From Camelus ferus (taxonomy: Eukaryota), in assembly GCF_009834535.1 (NCBI RefSeq), contig NC_045696.1, forward strand, positions 115,570,001-115,634,000: a stretch of 64,000 nucleotides of DNA. Reading direction: 5' to 3'. The position numbers and the translations under genes were made by a program. The notes beneath the pieces are model-generated. The model did no database searches. It saw only the letters and a program-made list of their open reading frames with translations, and was not told the DNA's origin. This document shows, piece by piece, positions 39,687 through 51,299 of this stretch (within the stretch, counting starts at the first letter, position 1; each line of letters starts with the position of its first letter).

Positions 39687-41334
39687 CTAGAAAAACATAT
39701 TGGTATGAATAAACAATAGAAGTATATTATTTCTTCAAACCATCATTTCTTGATGATCTTGTTTCTCTGAGTCCTCCAAGGTGTAGCAGTGTTGACAATG
39801 ATCCTTGACCACACTTTATCCCGAGCATTTCCTATTCCCAGGTGTTCTGTTGTCATACTGTTTCTTAAGAGAGCAGAGTTGCAAAATTACCATTATATGT
39901 GCCGAGAAACATAGCTTTGTTTTATTGGAACTCGTTGATGCAATATCAGTGAGTTCCAAGAATACCATTTGCCTCTGGGAGAAGGGGACTAAAACTTCTC
40001 TATCAGTTTAGTGTAGTCATCTCAGATCAATTTAAGGATTAGGCTCTGAATAACTCAGCCTCTGTTTGGAAGTTTCAATAGCTGTATGTTTCCTTCAGAT
40101 TTAAGTCAACCCTCTATCAAAGTTCCTCATGTCCATCACCAGCACTACATGAGGACTGAGTCAGTACGAAGAGTGTAAGGTGGACATGCCTCACCGAGCT
40201 CTGAGGGTCTCCCTGTTGCAGGGGTTTCTGTCTGTTTTGCTTACTGTTCTATGCCTGTCACTTGGAACAGTTATCAGCAGAGAGTAGGCACTCAACAACT
40301 ATGTTGCATGAGTTGTTGAATACACAGGTTTCTCCTCCAAAAGCCCCGCCTAGGGCAAGAGTGCTTGAAATTATCTTCCCCTAGTCAGAATCTACCAAAG
40401 CATTGAAGCAGGTGAGCATCATCAGAGACCCCCCCCTCCTGCTACCATTTTTGTCTGCCCTCTCTCCATTCTTAGCAACCAGAAGAGGTCTTCCTCAAAC
40501 TTTCTCTTCCTGCCTGGGTCATCTTTTATGAATAACATTTTGTTACCCCACCTACCAAGTAGAGCTCCCCATCAACTAAAAAAAAAAAAAAAAAAAAAAA
40601 AAGGCATCACAGAATTTAATGAATTCCCTCTTTCCCCACTTCCTGTTTTCTAAAACTAGCTTCAGGCTAAAGAGACCAATAGCAGATCATTTCATCTATC
40701 TTGTTTTAGGAGGTAAGCCTCTGGGCTCAGACTCAGAGAAAGAAGTCTGATTCAAAAGAGGTGTGAGGGCAGAGTGAATGCACAGACTTGATATTTGCAA
40801 GCTATTCTTTCTGTTTCACTAGGAGCATTTCATTTAGAAAGAACAATAAATACAGGCCAGGGCTACGCTGAATGGAAATTTTCCTAGGTCAGTTACAGAA
40901 GTAATTGATTAAACATGATCAGGGACTACACTTCCACTGGTCAATTCACCTCTCTCTTGAGTACATGCCCAAGGCTATGTGCCAGTGATTGGTTCAGTGA
41001 GAAGATGGGGTGGTTCACGTGGTAATGGGAATTGTAAAACTGGAATACACAATACAGCCCACTAGTTAGGACTTTCTCTTTGCTTACTTTGCTGTTCCTG
41101 TGGCTCCCAGGGTCTACTAGTTATCAGTATTAAATATCTCCATGTTTTCAACATGTCTGCACTGCTAAAGACATACCCTAAAAAATCCGCTGAAGGAGAA
41201 TGGGAGATGAAAAATGGCGTGCTGGCTGTTCTGCTTTTAGCCTGCCTGCCAATGCTACAGCATGTGGAGTTGATTAAATGACCTGAGCTTGAATATTAGC
41301 CATGATAAAGGGAGCCATTCAGATGAGTGCTATA

Positions 41335-41700
41335 TATTCCACCCTTGACTGCACGTCAGAATCTCCCAGGGAATTTCTTAAAAAAGAAAATATAGTGATT
41401 CTTGGACCCTACACTTAGATATTCTGCTTTAATTTTTCTGGGTTGGGACCTGACCATCAATACTTGCTTCAAAACTCCCCACGTGCTTGTAACAGAAATC
41501 TCTTGGAGGCAGTGTGTGGATGGTGTAGTGAAAAGAGCGTTGGATTTAGGGCAACTCTGTTACCAACTGTCTGATCCTCAGCAGGTCCCATCACTCCTTG
41601 TACCTCCAACTCCTCATTGTGAAAGCGGGGTATAATGACCCTAAGTCACAGAGTTATTTTGAAGACCACATTTGACAGTGTACCAAAAAAAAATGTTTGG
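41335..41700. mobile_element. MER5-like fragment followed by MIR
   Basis: ctgcacgtcagaatctcccaggg; ggtgtagtgaaaagagcgttgg...tcctcattgtgaaagcggggtataat. Confidence 0.65.
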
Positions 41701-44019
41701 AAACTCCAAAGTTCAATCCACAACATGTGTACACTTGAAACTTAAATGATTACTCAGATCATGTTACATGATCTGAAATAGAAAAACATAAGAAACACCA
41801 TCACCATCACCATCACCATCATCCCACTCTGCCAACCTCAGGAGCTCTTAGCAGATCTTAAAGAGTCTCTGACTTCTATGATCTCAGCGAAGCATTTTCA
41901 TTGTTAGAGTCATTTTCTTTAGTACTCTATGAATTTCTCTCTGGAAACTATAGCTAATAAAATAGAATCGTATGTTAAATTTATTTTTACCTAGGTAATC
42001 CTTATTTCTATGTCTTCCCCCTCGTATGGAGTTCCTCCATTTGGAGTTGAGTTTCAAAACACTGTGGATCCAGGGAGCCATTGGAATGTACTACTGTTGG
42101 CAATGAGAAGCTGTAGAAACACAATGGGGGAGAGAAATTACCTGAAAGCAGGGGAGAACCAGAGGACAGGATACGTTTGTGGTACAGGCTTCCAAAACAA
42201 CCTAAGTAGATTGCTGGAACTATTCGCAGATGGAAGGAGGAGACATGACTGGCAGAGGAAGAAAAATGGTAGAATTGGCCAAGCAAATGAAGAGCATGTT
42301 TGAAAGTTACCAGGAAGAGATGATTTAATTCTTTAATGAGGGCTGGATCTACAAGCTGGAGAGATGCAATCTCTTAAGCACTAGTCTGCATCTGACGGGA
42401 TGGTTTCTGTCTACTCCCTTTCAGGGGCTTTGCCTTCAAACGAAGGAGCTGTAAATTGGCTCAAATTCTGACTCGAGGCCACAGAAGTGAAGTTGAACCC
42501 TGGGTGTATCCCACACATGCCCCCACAGACAGAGCCCAGGGAATTCCTAGGCATGTTTCTGCCAGAGTATGCAAAGGGAATCTTTCCAGTGGTGGAGCCA
42601 AAGGTGCTGAGCTTAACTCTCCGTGGGGTTGAAAGACATGCCTAACACGTTTATCCTTTCCAGTGATGCTGTGGCCTGGAGAGCTGTGTTCCACTTGATC
42701 TCAGACTCAAATCAACCATTAAGGACCAAATATCATCCTCGGTGACCTCATGTTAGAGACATCAGTCATCACGACGATGATCTTTCATGCTTAAAACTTG
42801 ACAGTGCATACTCAAGAGATGAACTCTCCTCCCCTGCCTTTTTTTTTTTTTTTTTTTTGAGGGAATGTCAGGCTAATTTTAGGGCCAGTGAGATATATTT
42901 ATGTGTGAGCAATTATAGAAGAAAATGGGCACGTGATCTTGAAATGAAGTCCGCAATAAATAGTCTCTTCAAATGAATCATCCGGGAAATAGAGTGTGAT
43001 TTCTATTCCAGGGCTTTGCTGATCTACATTTGCTTTAAGTGACATATTTCAGCATCGCTGACATCTAGAAATGTGGTGCACAGGCTGTAGCCCTTATGTC
43101 TGCCTCATCTCACACTCCCCCTTCACCTCAGTTCTGAGGCATGCCATCCATTTCACTCCAAACGTGTCCCAGGTTCTTTTGATTATCTTACGGTCAGATG
43201 ATGACCATACTTGGTGTCAGAGAAGGCATTTCAGAAACCTCAATAAATAGGCTTTCAAAAGGAAGGCCAACGTTAGAAAAGGATGAAGCAAAGATGTGAC
43301 TTCCCGCCAAGCTCCAGAGAGTTGAAATTCTTTCTGAAAAGTTGATGAAGAGCAGGTCCTTCTGTCTCTCTCAGCCAGATGCTCAGCGGAGCCAGGCTGT
43401 TAGCACGGACCTTGCCAGGGAATTTTAGAGAGAAACATGAGAAACAGTACATCAAGACCTTGTTCCAAAATGACGTTCTTTGGGGGAAGGGGGAGGAATT
43501 AGCAAAATCCTCCCAATGTTCAAATAGCGTGTGTTTTATACACAGCCTAAATTAACACAATGATGGGACTCCAACCAGATTTTACTCTTTATTTATACCC
43601 CAAGTGTTCCAGAATGTTTTTCAAAGCAATTGGTCAAGGTCAAACAGACTTAGGATGCCAGCCTCCCATTTGTCTACTGACATGAGAATGGAGAGAGTGG
43701 AGATAATTGAATCCATTTACAGGGTCAAAAGCAGGAAAGGCTAAAAATAAGCAATGTTTGTTTTCAATGGCTTTTCTGCACCTGTGCAGACTGGGGTTTT
43801 CATCCCAGCTCTGTCACTACCTGAACGAATGGCCCTGGGTAAGTTTTTCTATTTCATAGAGATAAGTCTAGCTTATCAGTGTCTCTCTCTGACGCCCTCC
43901 ACTCTATAGTATCCAGTAACTTTTTTTTTTTTTTTAGCTCTTTTTCCTTCAAATTCACACTCTGCCAAAAACATTTGGAGCAGAGTCTCAACCTGACTCA
44001 GGTTTCCATTCTCTACGCC

Positions 44020-44205
44020 AATGGTTCTCAAGGTAGAGTCCCCCAGCCTCAGAATCAGCTGGGTGCTTGGAGAAATTCAGGGTCTCAGGTCCCATCCCAG
44101 ACCTGCTGCATCAGAAGTTCAAGGGTGAGGCCCCACACTCCGCATTTTATCAAGCCCTCTCAGGTGGCTTCGATACACACTAAAGTTTGAGAGCCCCGGC
44201 TTTAG
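44020..44205. mobile_element. MER5A-like hAT MITE
   Basis: tggttctcaag...agaaattcagggtctcaggtcccatcccagacc...cactaaagtttgaga. Confidence 0.85.
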
Positions 44206-44281
44206 ACCACATCCTTCCATCTCCCTGGTAGCCTTTATTTAGTAAAGCTCTTTGAGAGCTTTTAAATTGCTGAGAATAAAT

Positions 44282-44713
44282 TACAGGTTTCCCCGACTAT
44301 CTCAATGTGGAACATTCCCTATGAAACCTTTCATCAGCTGAAATAGTATAAAGCAAAGAAGCAATTACCTTAGGACGTCGTCTTGCTAATGAATGCACGG
44401 AATAAATCAAGGCAAAGACAAGTGCTCGCAGACACAGCTTAAAGCTATGGAGGCTTCCAGCTGAGAAGCTGAGGGTAGCTCCCCGGGAAGGAGCCCAGAG
44501 GCAGTGCAGCTGTTGCTGCCGGGGTGGGAATGGTACCTCTCTAGGAGTTGCTGCAGAACAAACGCTGAGCACTTTTTGCTTCCCGCCCCCCCCCCTTTTT
44601 TTTGTCCAAGTGAGATTCTTCTTCAGATTTCTTTTGGTTAGTGAAAACCGGTATTAAGATAGGTCTTTCATAAAAGCAAAATGGTGTAAAGCAGACTTTT
44701 GAAAAGCATGGTA
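44282..44713. mobile_element. TcMar-Tigger-type DNA transposon
   Basis: ta-caggtttcccc terminus; ctatgaaacctttc and gtaaagcagacttttgaaaagc subterminal motifs. Confidence 0.7.
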
Positions 44714-44950
44714 TGGAATCTGGAGCCAGGAGAACCTGGACTGGGATGTTGGTTCTGCCGCTGAGCTTGGCCACAGCTGTGTGACTTGACCTTCATCCTC
44801 TCTCTCATCTGCGATTGCTGGTAGCACAAGTAATGCCCACTTCATGGGGCCATTGTGAGAATTCTGTGACGCTATTTGTATCTGAAAAATAATAAGCACT
44901 CAGTATATGGGAACTATCATTGTTACCGAGTCCTGAGTCCCGGAAACTAT

Positions 44951-45468
44951 TGTTACTGAGTCCAAGCTCATACTTGCTTGACAAGCACAACAGACCGATA
45001 CATTTAGGGATGAATTTTCAGAGCAAGAAATAGCAACTGTATTCAGAAAGCCAGCAGACGGAGAAGATGGCAGACCAGTGTCCCAAAGAACCATCTCGCT
45101 GAGGTTTGGATGCTAGTTCCTTTTCTAGAACAAAGAGGGGGGGGTGAGGAGGTAAAGTAAAAAAGGTGATAAATTGCAGCCAATAATTCTGGTTCCGCCA
45201 GACTCTGGAGGGGATGTTCTGATTTCTTCTTCCCTGTAGCTACTCACAGGTAGAACTGGTCAGGATGTTTCCTGTGAGCTAAACAAAGGTATTTCAGCTT
45301 AATGCTCAGGCATAGGAGGCTGGGATCCAGAGATGGGCCATTATGTGTACTTTAAGCCTCAGGCAACATCCTTTCAGTGATTAACTTGTAGCAAAAGCAA
45401 CAGAATACAAAGGTTCACGTGAAAGAAACAGATCCAATATGGAGTCAGATTTGTTTTTCCATATTACG
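44951..45468 (-). mobile_element. Solo ERV1-type LTR next to a MIR (~44720-44915)
   Basis: tgtta...ttacg termini, 4-bp TSD CTAT. Confidence 0.82.
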
Positions 45469-45561
45469 CTATTACTCATGGGTTACTTAGGTATTTGGGT
45501 AGCATTAATTATTGTTTTAGCTAGGACAAGAAGAGCAATATGAAAGTTTGACATTCACTGA

Positions 45562-46050
45562 GTGTGGCAGGCAGAATAAAGACCCTTCAAAGACATCGAT
45601 GCCCTAATCCTCTGAAATCCATGAATATGTTACTTTCCATGGCAAAAGATGCAATTTGGGTTACAGATTTTGAGATGGAGAGATTATTCTAGATCATGTG
45701 AGTGGGCCAAGTTTTATACATGGGTGTTTAAAGGTGAAGCACCTCTCCAGGCTGTGGTCAAAACAAGCTCTAAAGACAAATAACCATCAGAGAGATGTTA
45801 CATTCATGAGGATGGAGGGAGGAAGCCAAGAACCAAGGAATGTGGGTGGTCTCCAGTAACTGGAAAAGGTGAGGAGATGGATTCTCCCCTAGGAGGTCCA
45901 GAAAGGAATGCAGACCAGCTAACGTCTTGATTTTAGCTCAGTGAGACCCACGCCCCACTTCTGACTTACAGAACTATAAGATAAAAAATTTGCATTTGAG
46001 TCACCGTGTTTGTGGAGATTTGCTAAGGCAGCAATAGAAAAGGAATACAT
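45562..46050 (+). mobile_element. MLT1D-like MaLR LTR
   Basis: tgtggcaggcagaataa...ggattctcccctag...gcaatagaaaaggaataca. Confidence 0.9.
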
Positions 46051-46182
46051 TGGGTTGCTGGAGTCATTTGGAGGCAGGTTTTTATTTATTCCATATAAAT
46101 AGCTGCCTAAATACCTTGGTGTATGACTGACCTTGACTCTAAATCACTTCATGCTTCCTCTTGGCTAATGGTTTTGACTTAC

Positions 46183-46241
46183 TCCCACACCAAAGTGCAT
46201 CCATAGCTACTTGGAGCTCTGGGTCCTCATTCTTTCCCCAA
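46183..46241 (-). pseudogene. Pseudo-exon E9 (WGKNEDPELQVAMDALWCGR)
   Basis: cttcctctttctttcaatag| acceptor, GGA|GTAAGT donor, open frame. Confidence 0.78.
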
Positions 46242-47313
46242 CTATTGAAAGAAAGAGGAAGTAACGAGCCTTGAATTAATGACAAGAGAAGCAAAGAACT
46301 TGAATAATCCATAACATGGATAAGCACCCACTGAATAATTAATTGCAGGTTAACTGTGGTTTGAGCTTCTTATCTAAAACAGAGATAAGCTTAGAAATTC
46401 CAGGACATTTAAAGCTGTAGAGCAATAAACTTTTTCTCCAAATTCTTTTCGGAAGTCTTTGTGGAAGACACCCAGGGTGCATTATATTATACTTTCTATG
46501 TAACTTGTAGAATATGAAATCCTGCTTTCCTACTGGTGATGGACATCATGACGATGATTACATTTATTAGAAAATAGCTTTTTCATAGAGAACTAAAAAG
46601 AAAAAAGCCAATGGTAAGTTTAGGAGAGAAACTGACTTTTCCAACGTTTCGAAAAGAAAAAATGAGAACTAACGCACTGGGGTTAAGTACATGTTATTCT
46701 GGTGCCTATTAGTTTCCTGTGATGTTGTTAAGTTAAAAAAAAAAAAGAAAGACAAATGTTTTGCAACAATGTTTAGTTTATAGATTTCTGAGTCTAAGTC
46801 TCTGCAAAAACAAAACAAAACAAACAAACAAACCACCAACCACCACAATAGGATTTAGTTTACACGAAAGTTTAAACAAATGGTTAGAAGATTAGTGTGT
46901 ACTCTAATGTTGGGGGGTTATGTCCTGAGTATAGGCTCCTGCTGTGAAATCCAGGATGTGTGAAATTTAAACTTTTTTTTTCACTCGATCCCATTTTCTT
47001 TCGGTGACAAGTTCCAATGATTTAATGACTAACTTAGGCAAAAGCAAACAAAAGAAGAGGAATCCCAAACTGGACTCTGTTCATCTGTTGTGCTCATTCA
47101 TACACTAGTAATCATTTGTCCTATCTGTAGTATCTAAATTTTTGATGGGCTGTTGTTTAGTTTACACTATTTAGACCTCTATTTTGCATGGCTTACTTCT
47201 GCATCTTTGATATATGGTCTCTAAGCCACGTGGCACAACCAGGTCACAGGTGAGATGTAGACACTAGAAATGACTGACATTACCTCTTATCTTTGTATTG
47301 TACTCAGACTTAC

Positions 47314-47372
47314 TGAACGAATTTGGAGCACATGTATTTCACACGCACAGTGGATACGTGATGGCAAATACA
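47314..47372 (-). pseudogene. Pseudo-exon E8 (CICHHVSTVRVKYMCSKFVH)
   Basis: ttttattgatcag| acceptor, TCA|GTAAGT donor; 68-nt intron to E7; open frame. Confidence 0.6.
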
Positions 47373-47440
47373 CTGATCAATAAAATACTGGCACTGACGT
47401 ATTTTCATTTCCAGGAGGTCATTCCGGTCACCTGACTTAC

Positions 47441-47527
47441 CATATTGAATCCCTCAAGTCACAAAACATCAAATTCTCCACCTATTACACTGGGTTACTT
47501 CAACTTTGAATCCACACCAAATGTGAA
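47441..47527 (-). pseudogene. Pseudo-exon E7 (FTFGVDSKLK*PSVIGGEFDVL*LEGFNM)
   Basis: ctttttttttttccag| acceptor, ATG|GTAAGT donor, 87 nt phase 0-0. Confidence 0.75.
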
Positions 47528-48679
47528 CTGGAAAAAAAAAAAGGTAATAATTCTAAACACTCAAGCCAAGCACTCATTGTTTTTTAGCCAACTCTTTAAA
47601 AAAATTTGAGATCTTGAAAAATGTTACTGATGTTGATCAGATAATTGGTTTAGCCTCATTACTGTGTCTAAATAGTTTTTGCAAGCAGGATTTCATTGTG
47701 GAGAGAAATGGAAATTTCTTGGGTAGCATTATAGCATATTTATTTTTGATAAAGTTTTTAAAATGACATATTTAGTAACAAATTAAGCATTATATATATT
47801 TAATTTTGAAAGCATCCTGAGGTTTTCAGCAAACCTACATCCTCTTAATCTCTCCTGGCTAATTATTTATTCAACATACAGCAGGTGGTTGTCGACATCT
47901 AAAATAAGGCAGTCAGACGTTTGTAATCACGTGCTCCCAGTCAATCTGTAATGTATAGGACAGAGTTTTCCAGTTTTAAGTAAAAATGGAAAATCCCAAA
48001 CAACTAGCTTGAAGCAGAAGTCCCAAAGGGGACTCCACACACTGGTTTCCAGTTTACTTCTTCAGATCTGCTATTTCTCTAAAAAGACTCAAAGAATTGT
48101 AAGAAATACAGCATCCTCTCAGCATGTACAAGCTGGAGTTGCCTGTTTTTCCTCACGAGTCAGTCATGCTGAAAAGCTTTGGCATCAAGTACATGAGAAC
48201 TCCTGCCAGGTAGTTACCTAACTAACTGAACGATACAGTGCGTGTTGATGAGCCAGAATCCAAGGATGCTCTCAGGAAAGCATTCTTTCTGTATATACGT
48301 GATGACTTTCTCCTTTGTTAGTCCTTACTTGACCCGATTTGTATGGCTTCTATTTTGTGGACTATTTTAAAAATTTAGCAAAGTGACTCTGGTTTCATGT
48401 TGCCTGGTGAAATGGGCCTGAATGAAAAAAAGCATCTTCAGTTTGTTGATCAAAGATGACAAACTGGGGTGTTTTTTCTTACTCTTCATTGTTAAGTTTG
48501 TGTTTGCAGAGTCATGATGAAAGGTCAGATATTACTCATTTGCAAGAACATAGTGAAAGAAATAGAATGGACCATGAGGAAGTGCCAATCTTCTGGATTT
48601 CTCAAAGGTGTTCTCTTGGTATTAATCCCCAGTCCAGATGCATGAGATAGCTCACTGACGGGGAAAATCGCTGACCTCC

Positions 48680-49760
48680 AATTCATTCATATATTCAATG
48701 TGTATTCACTGAATATCTACCATGATGCTCAGGCATCCTGTTAGATATGAGGATGCAACTAGAAAAAAAACAGACACACATCCCCCTCTTACATAATATA
48801 CATTCAATGGGGAGGGAGGGACATTAAACAAAATGGCTAACTAAAGTGTACAGCCTGTTGCAGAGGGTTATAAATGATACATAAATGGTAAGTATGAAGC
48901 AGGGTAAAGAAAAAGGAAATGTGAAGGATGAAGGCTAAAAGGTAACATTTCTACCAAGCAGAAGCATAAATGTTAAAACTCACTCATTAACTCAGAGGCA
49001 ATAGTAAGAAAAAGCAAAAATCCCTACCCTGGTGGAGTATCTGTTCTAATGTCTTACAGCAGAAAGTAAAATTAACCTGATCAATAAGAAAATTATAAAT
49101 TATGTAGTGTATTAGAAGATGGTAAACGTTGAGAGAGAAAGAGAGAAGAAAGGAGGGTTGGGAATGCCGAGGATAGAGATAGAATTGCGTTGCAAATTAA
49201 AACATGGTGGTCAGGGTTGACTTCACTGAAAAGGTGAACATAAGCAAAGAGTTGAGGGAGGTGAGAGAGAAATCATGTAGATATTTAGAGACAGCCTTGT
49301 GGGAATGGCCAGTACAAAGAATCCAGGGCTGGAGTTTGCCAGTTTGCTCAGAGAGCAGCTGGGAGACCAGGGTGTTCGGGGGTAGAACAAGAATCCAGAA
49401 GGAGAGTAGCATCCAGAGACTAAGAGACCAGGGGGCCAAGGTCTGCTTGGCTTGGTGGGACACTCCTATGTGTAAGGGAAAATGAAAACCCTGCCAAGTT
49501 TTCTTAGAGAAATTACACCATTTGATGTATTACCTCTGGCTGCTGTGCTGAGAATAGATTGAATAGAGAGAGGGGCACAGGTGGAAGGAGGGGAGACTTC
49601 TGGCGACATTTTGGTGCCCCAGACGGGAAACGATAGACGCTCAGAAGAGGGGAGTGGCCATGGAAGTGGGAGTGGCCATGGAAGTGGGAGTGGCCATGGA
49701 AGTGGGAGGCGGTACCTGGATCCTGTGTCTCTCTCTGCAGTATGTCAAGAGATAACAAAA
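48680..49760 (-). mobile_element. L2 fragments
   Basis: attcattcatatattcaa...gaatatctaccatg; ggctgctgtgctgagaatagattg. Confidence 0.75.
49650..49708. repeat. 18-bp minisatellite (GGGAGTGGCCATGGAAGT) x3.3
   Basis: Three perfect tandem copies read directly. Confidence 0.95.
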
Positions 49761-50186
49761 ATAAAAGCAAAGTCAAAAACAAAAACAAAAAAAACCCAGA
49801 GGAAGAATAGCAAGTTCAATGGTGTTCTATTTAGCCATTGAGTCTAGTTTTCCTTTGTATAGATGAAATGATCGCATTTCTGGGTCTTTGGGGACCTCCC
49901 CAAAGACTCCACTGCCCTGGAATTCCTACTGAATTAAAGTTTATTTTTCAACAGAATGATAATTCATGATTTTTTATTTCAGTTATAGACCTTGCCTACT
50001 TTTATATGTCTTTCAGGAGAACTAAAAGAAAAAAAATTCAAAAGCATACTTTTTCCTTCTTGATGAATATTATCCCCACCATAGAACTGTTGCAAAATGT
50101 TATGGTTTGTTCTTGATTCTCCACCCAATTATAGGCAAGTTTTAGTTCACTGAAAGAAATAAGGACCTGATGAAGAAAAAACTCAC

Positions 50187-50309
50187 CTTGAATATGCAGT
50201 TGTGTGGTACTATTAAAACGTCTGTTGTATAGATTAATATAGCAGCGTGAATAGATGAAGATTGGCAGCACGCCAAGGAAACATTGTGGCTGTAGTCAGT
50301 ACATGAAAT
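50187..50309 (-). pseudogene. Pseudo-exon E6 (FHVLTTATMFPWRAANL / frameshift / IHAAILIYTTDVLIVPHNCIFK)
   Basis: ttttctttattcacaaag| acceptor, consensus AAG|GTGAGT donor; two overlapping supplied ORFs cover it. Confidence 0.7.
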
Positions 50310-50344
50310 CTTTGTGAATAAAGAAAACATTTGCTGATTATTTT

Positions 50345-50685
50345 CTAAGCTGTGCTGTCCATCATGGAAGCTACCAGGCAGTGGCTACCGAGCACTTGAA
50401 ATGTGGCTAGTTTGAGTTGAATGCATTAAAGGTGTAAAATACACAGCAGATTTCAAAAGACAGTACAAGAAACGAGCATAACATAGCTCACTAATATTTT
50501 ATGTTGAGTATGTGTTGAAATGATAATACTTTGAATATATGAGATTAAATAAAAGACACTGTTAATATTAATTTAATCTATTTCTTTTATTTTTTTTAAT
50601 ATAGCTACTAGAACATTCAAAGTTACATACGTGGTTTATAATTGTGGCTCGCGTTATATTTCTACCAAACATCTCTTCTCTAAGG
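50345..50685. mobile_element. MER33-like hAT-Charlie element
   Basis: gctgtgctgtcc...gagcacttgaaatgtggctag...gtggctcgcgttatatttcta. Confidence 0.85.
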
Positions 50686-51299
50686 TATAAAATGAGAAGG
50701 ATAAAAGTTCACGCATTTTCTCTTTTCCCCTGCGTCTCCTGTCTAAAAGTTTGCATGACTTTGAAGTGAAGGAAAAGAATCTGTTCCCGGGAAGGGAGAG
50801 GAGGAAACGAATGATGTAGTTTTAAGGATGCACCTTCTTCCCTCTTTTTTAAAGCAGATAATCAGTCCCTAACAACAATGGAACACATTTCCATACACCA
50901 GAGAGAATACATTAATATGTGCGCCTCAGTTCTAACTAAAGCCTCCTGCCTCAGACTTAGCAAAATGTCATCTTGTTTTACTTTTAATTTATTGATCACT
51001 GACATTTAAATAAAATAGTAAAAATTACTGGTCAGTTAAACTATTGTTATGTAAAATCCAAAAAAAAAAAAAAAAAGAATTCTGAATTGTCTGAACCACA
51101 AATTTCCAAATTCTAAATAAACCTTAAATCAGTGCTGTATAACATTGTGTAACTTAATCATTCTAAGTGTTTTATGTGTTGTATAATATTTGTTACTTGA
51201 GGTAATTATTCTTTATAAAGTTACTACTTTTAGATAAGTGTGCGAAATCCTCTAACCCAGGACTGAAAATGCCATTAACATGTTTATTTTTCTCTCCAT

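Noticed and set aside
41797..41823. (CACCAT)n His-tag-like run
   Set aside because: Simple repeat outside any supplied ORF; no vector context.
47197..47263. Exon-like AG...GTAAGC segment
   Set aside because: The intron to E8 would be ~50 nt, and its 67 nt would break the E8-E9 frame.
35760..47527. Repeated in-frame TGA read as selenocysteine or readthrough
   Set aside because: TAA/TAG stops, frameshifts and broken splice sites also occur; the TGA-rich frame is best explained as off-frame.
49513..49841. ORFs with HFHGHS / GSGHGS repeats
   Set aside because: Translation of an 18-bp minisatellite inside an L2 remnant.
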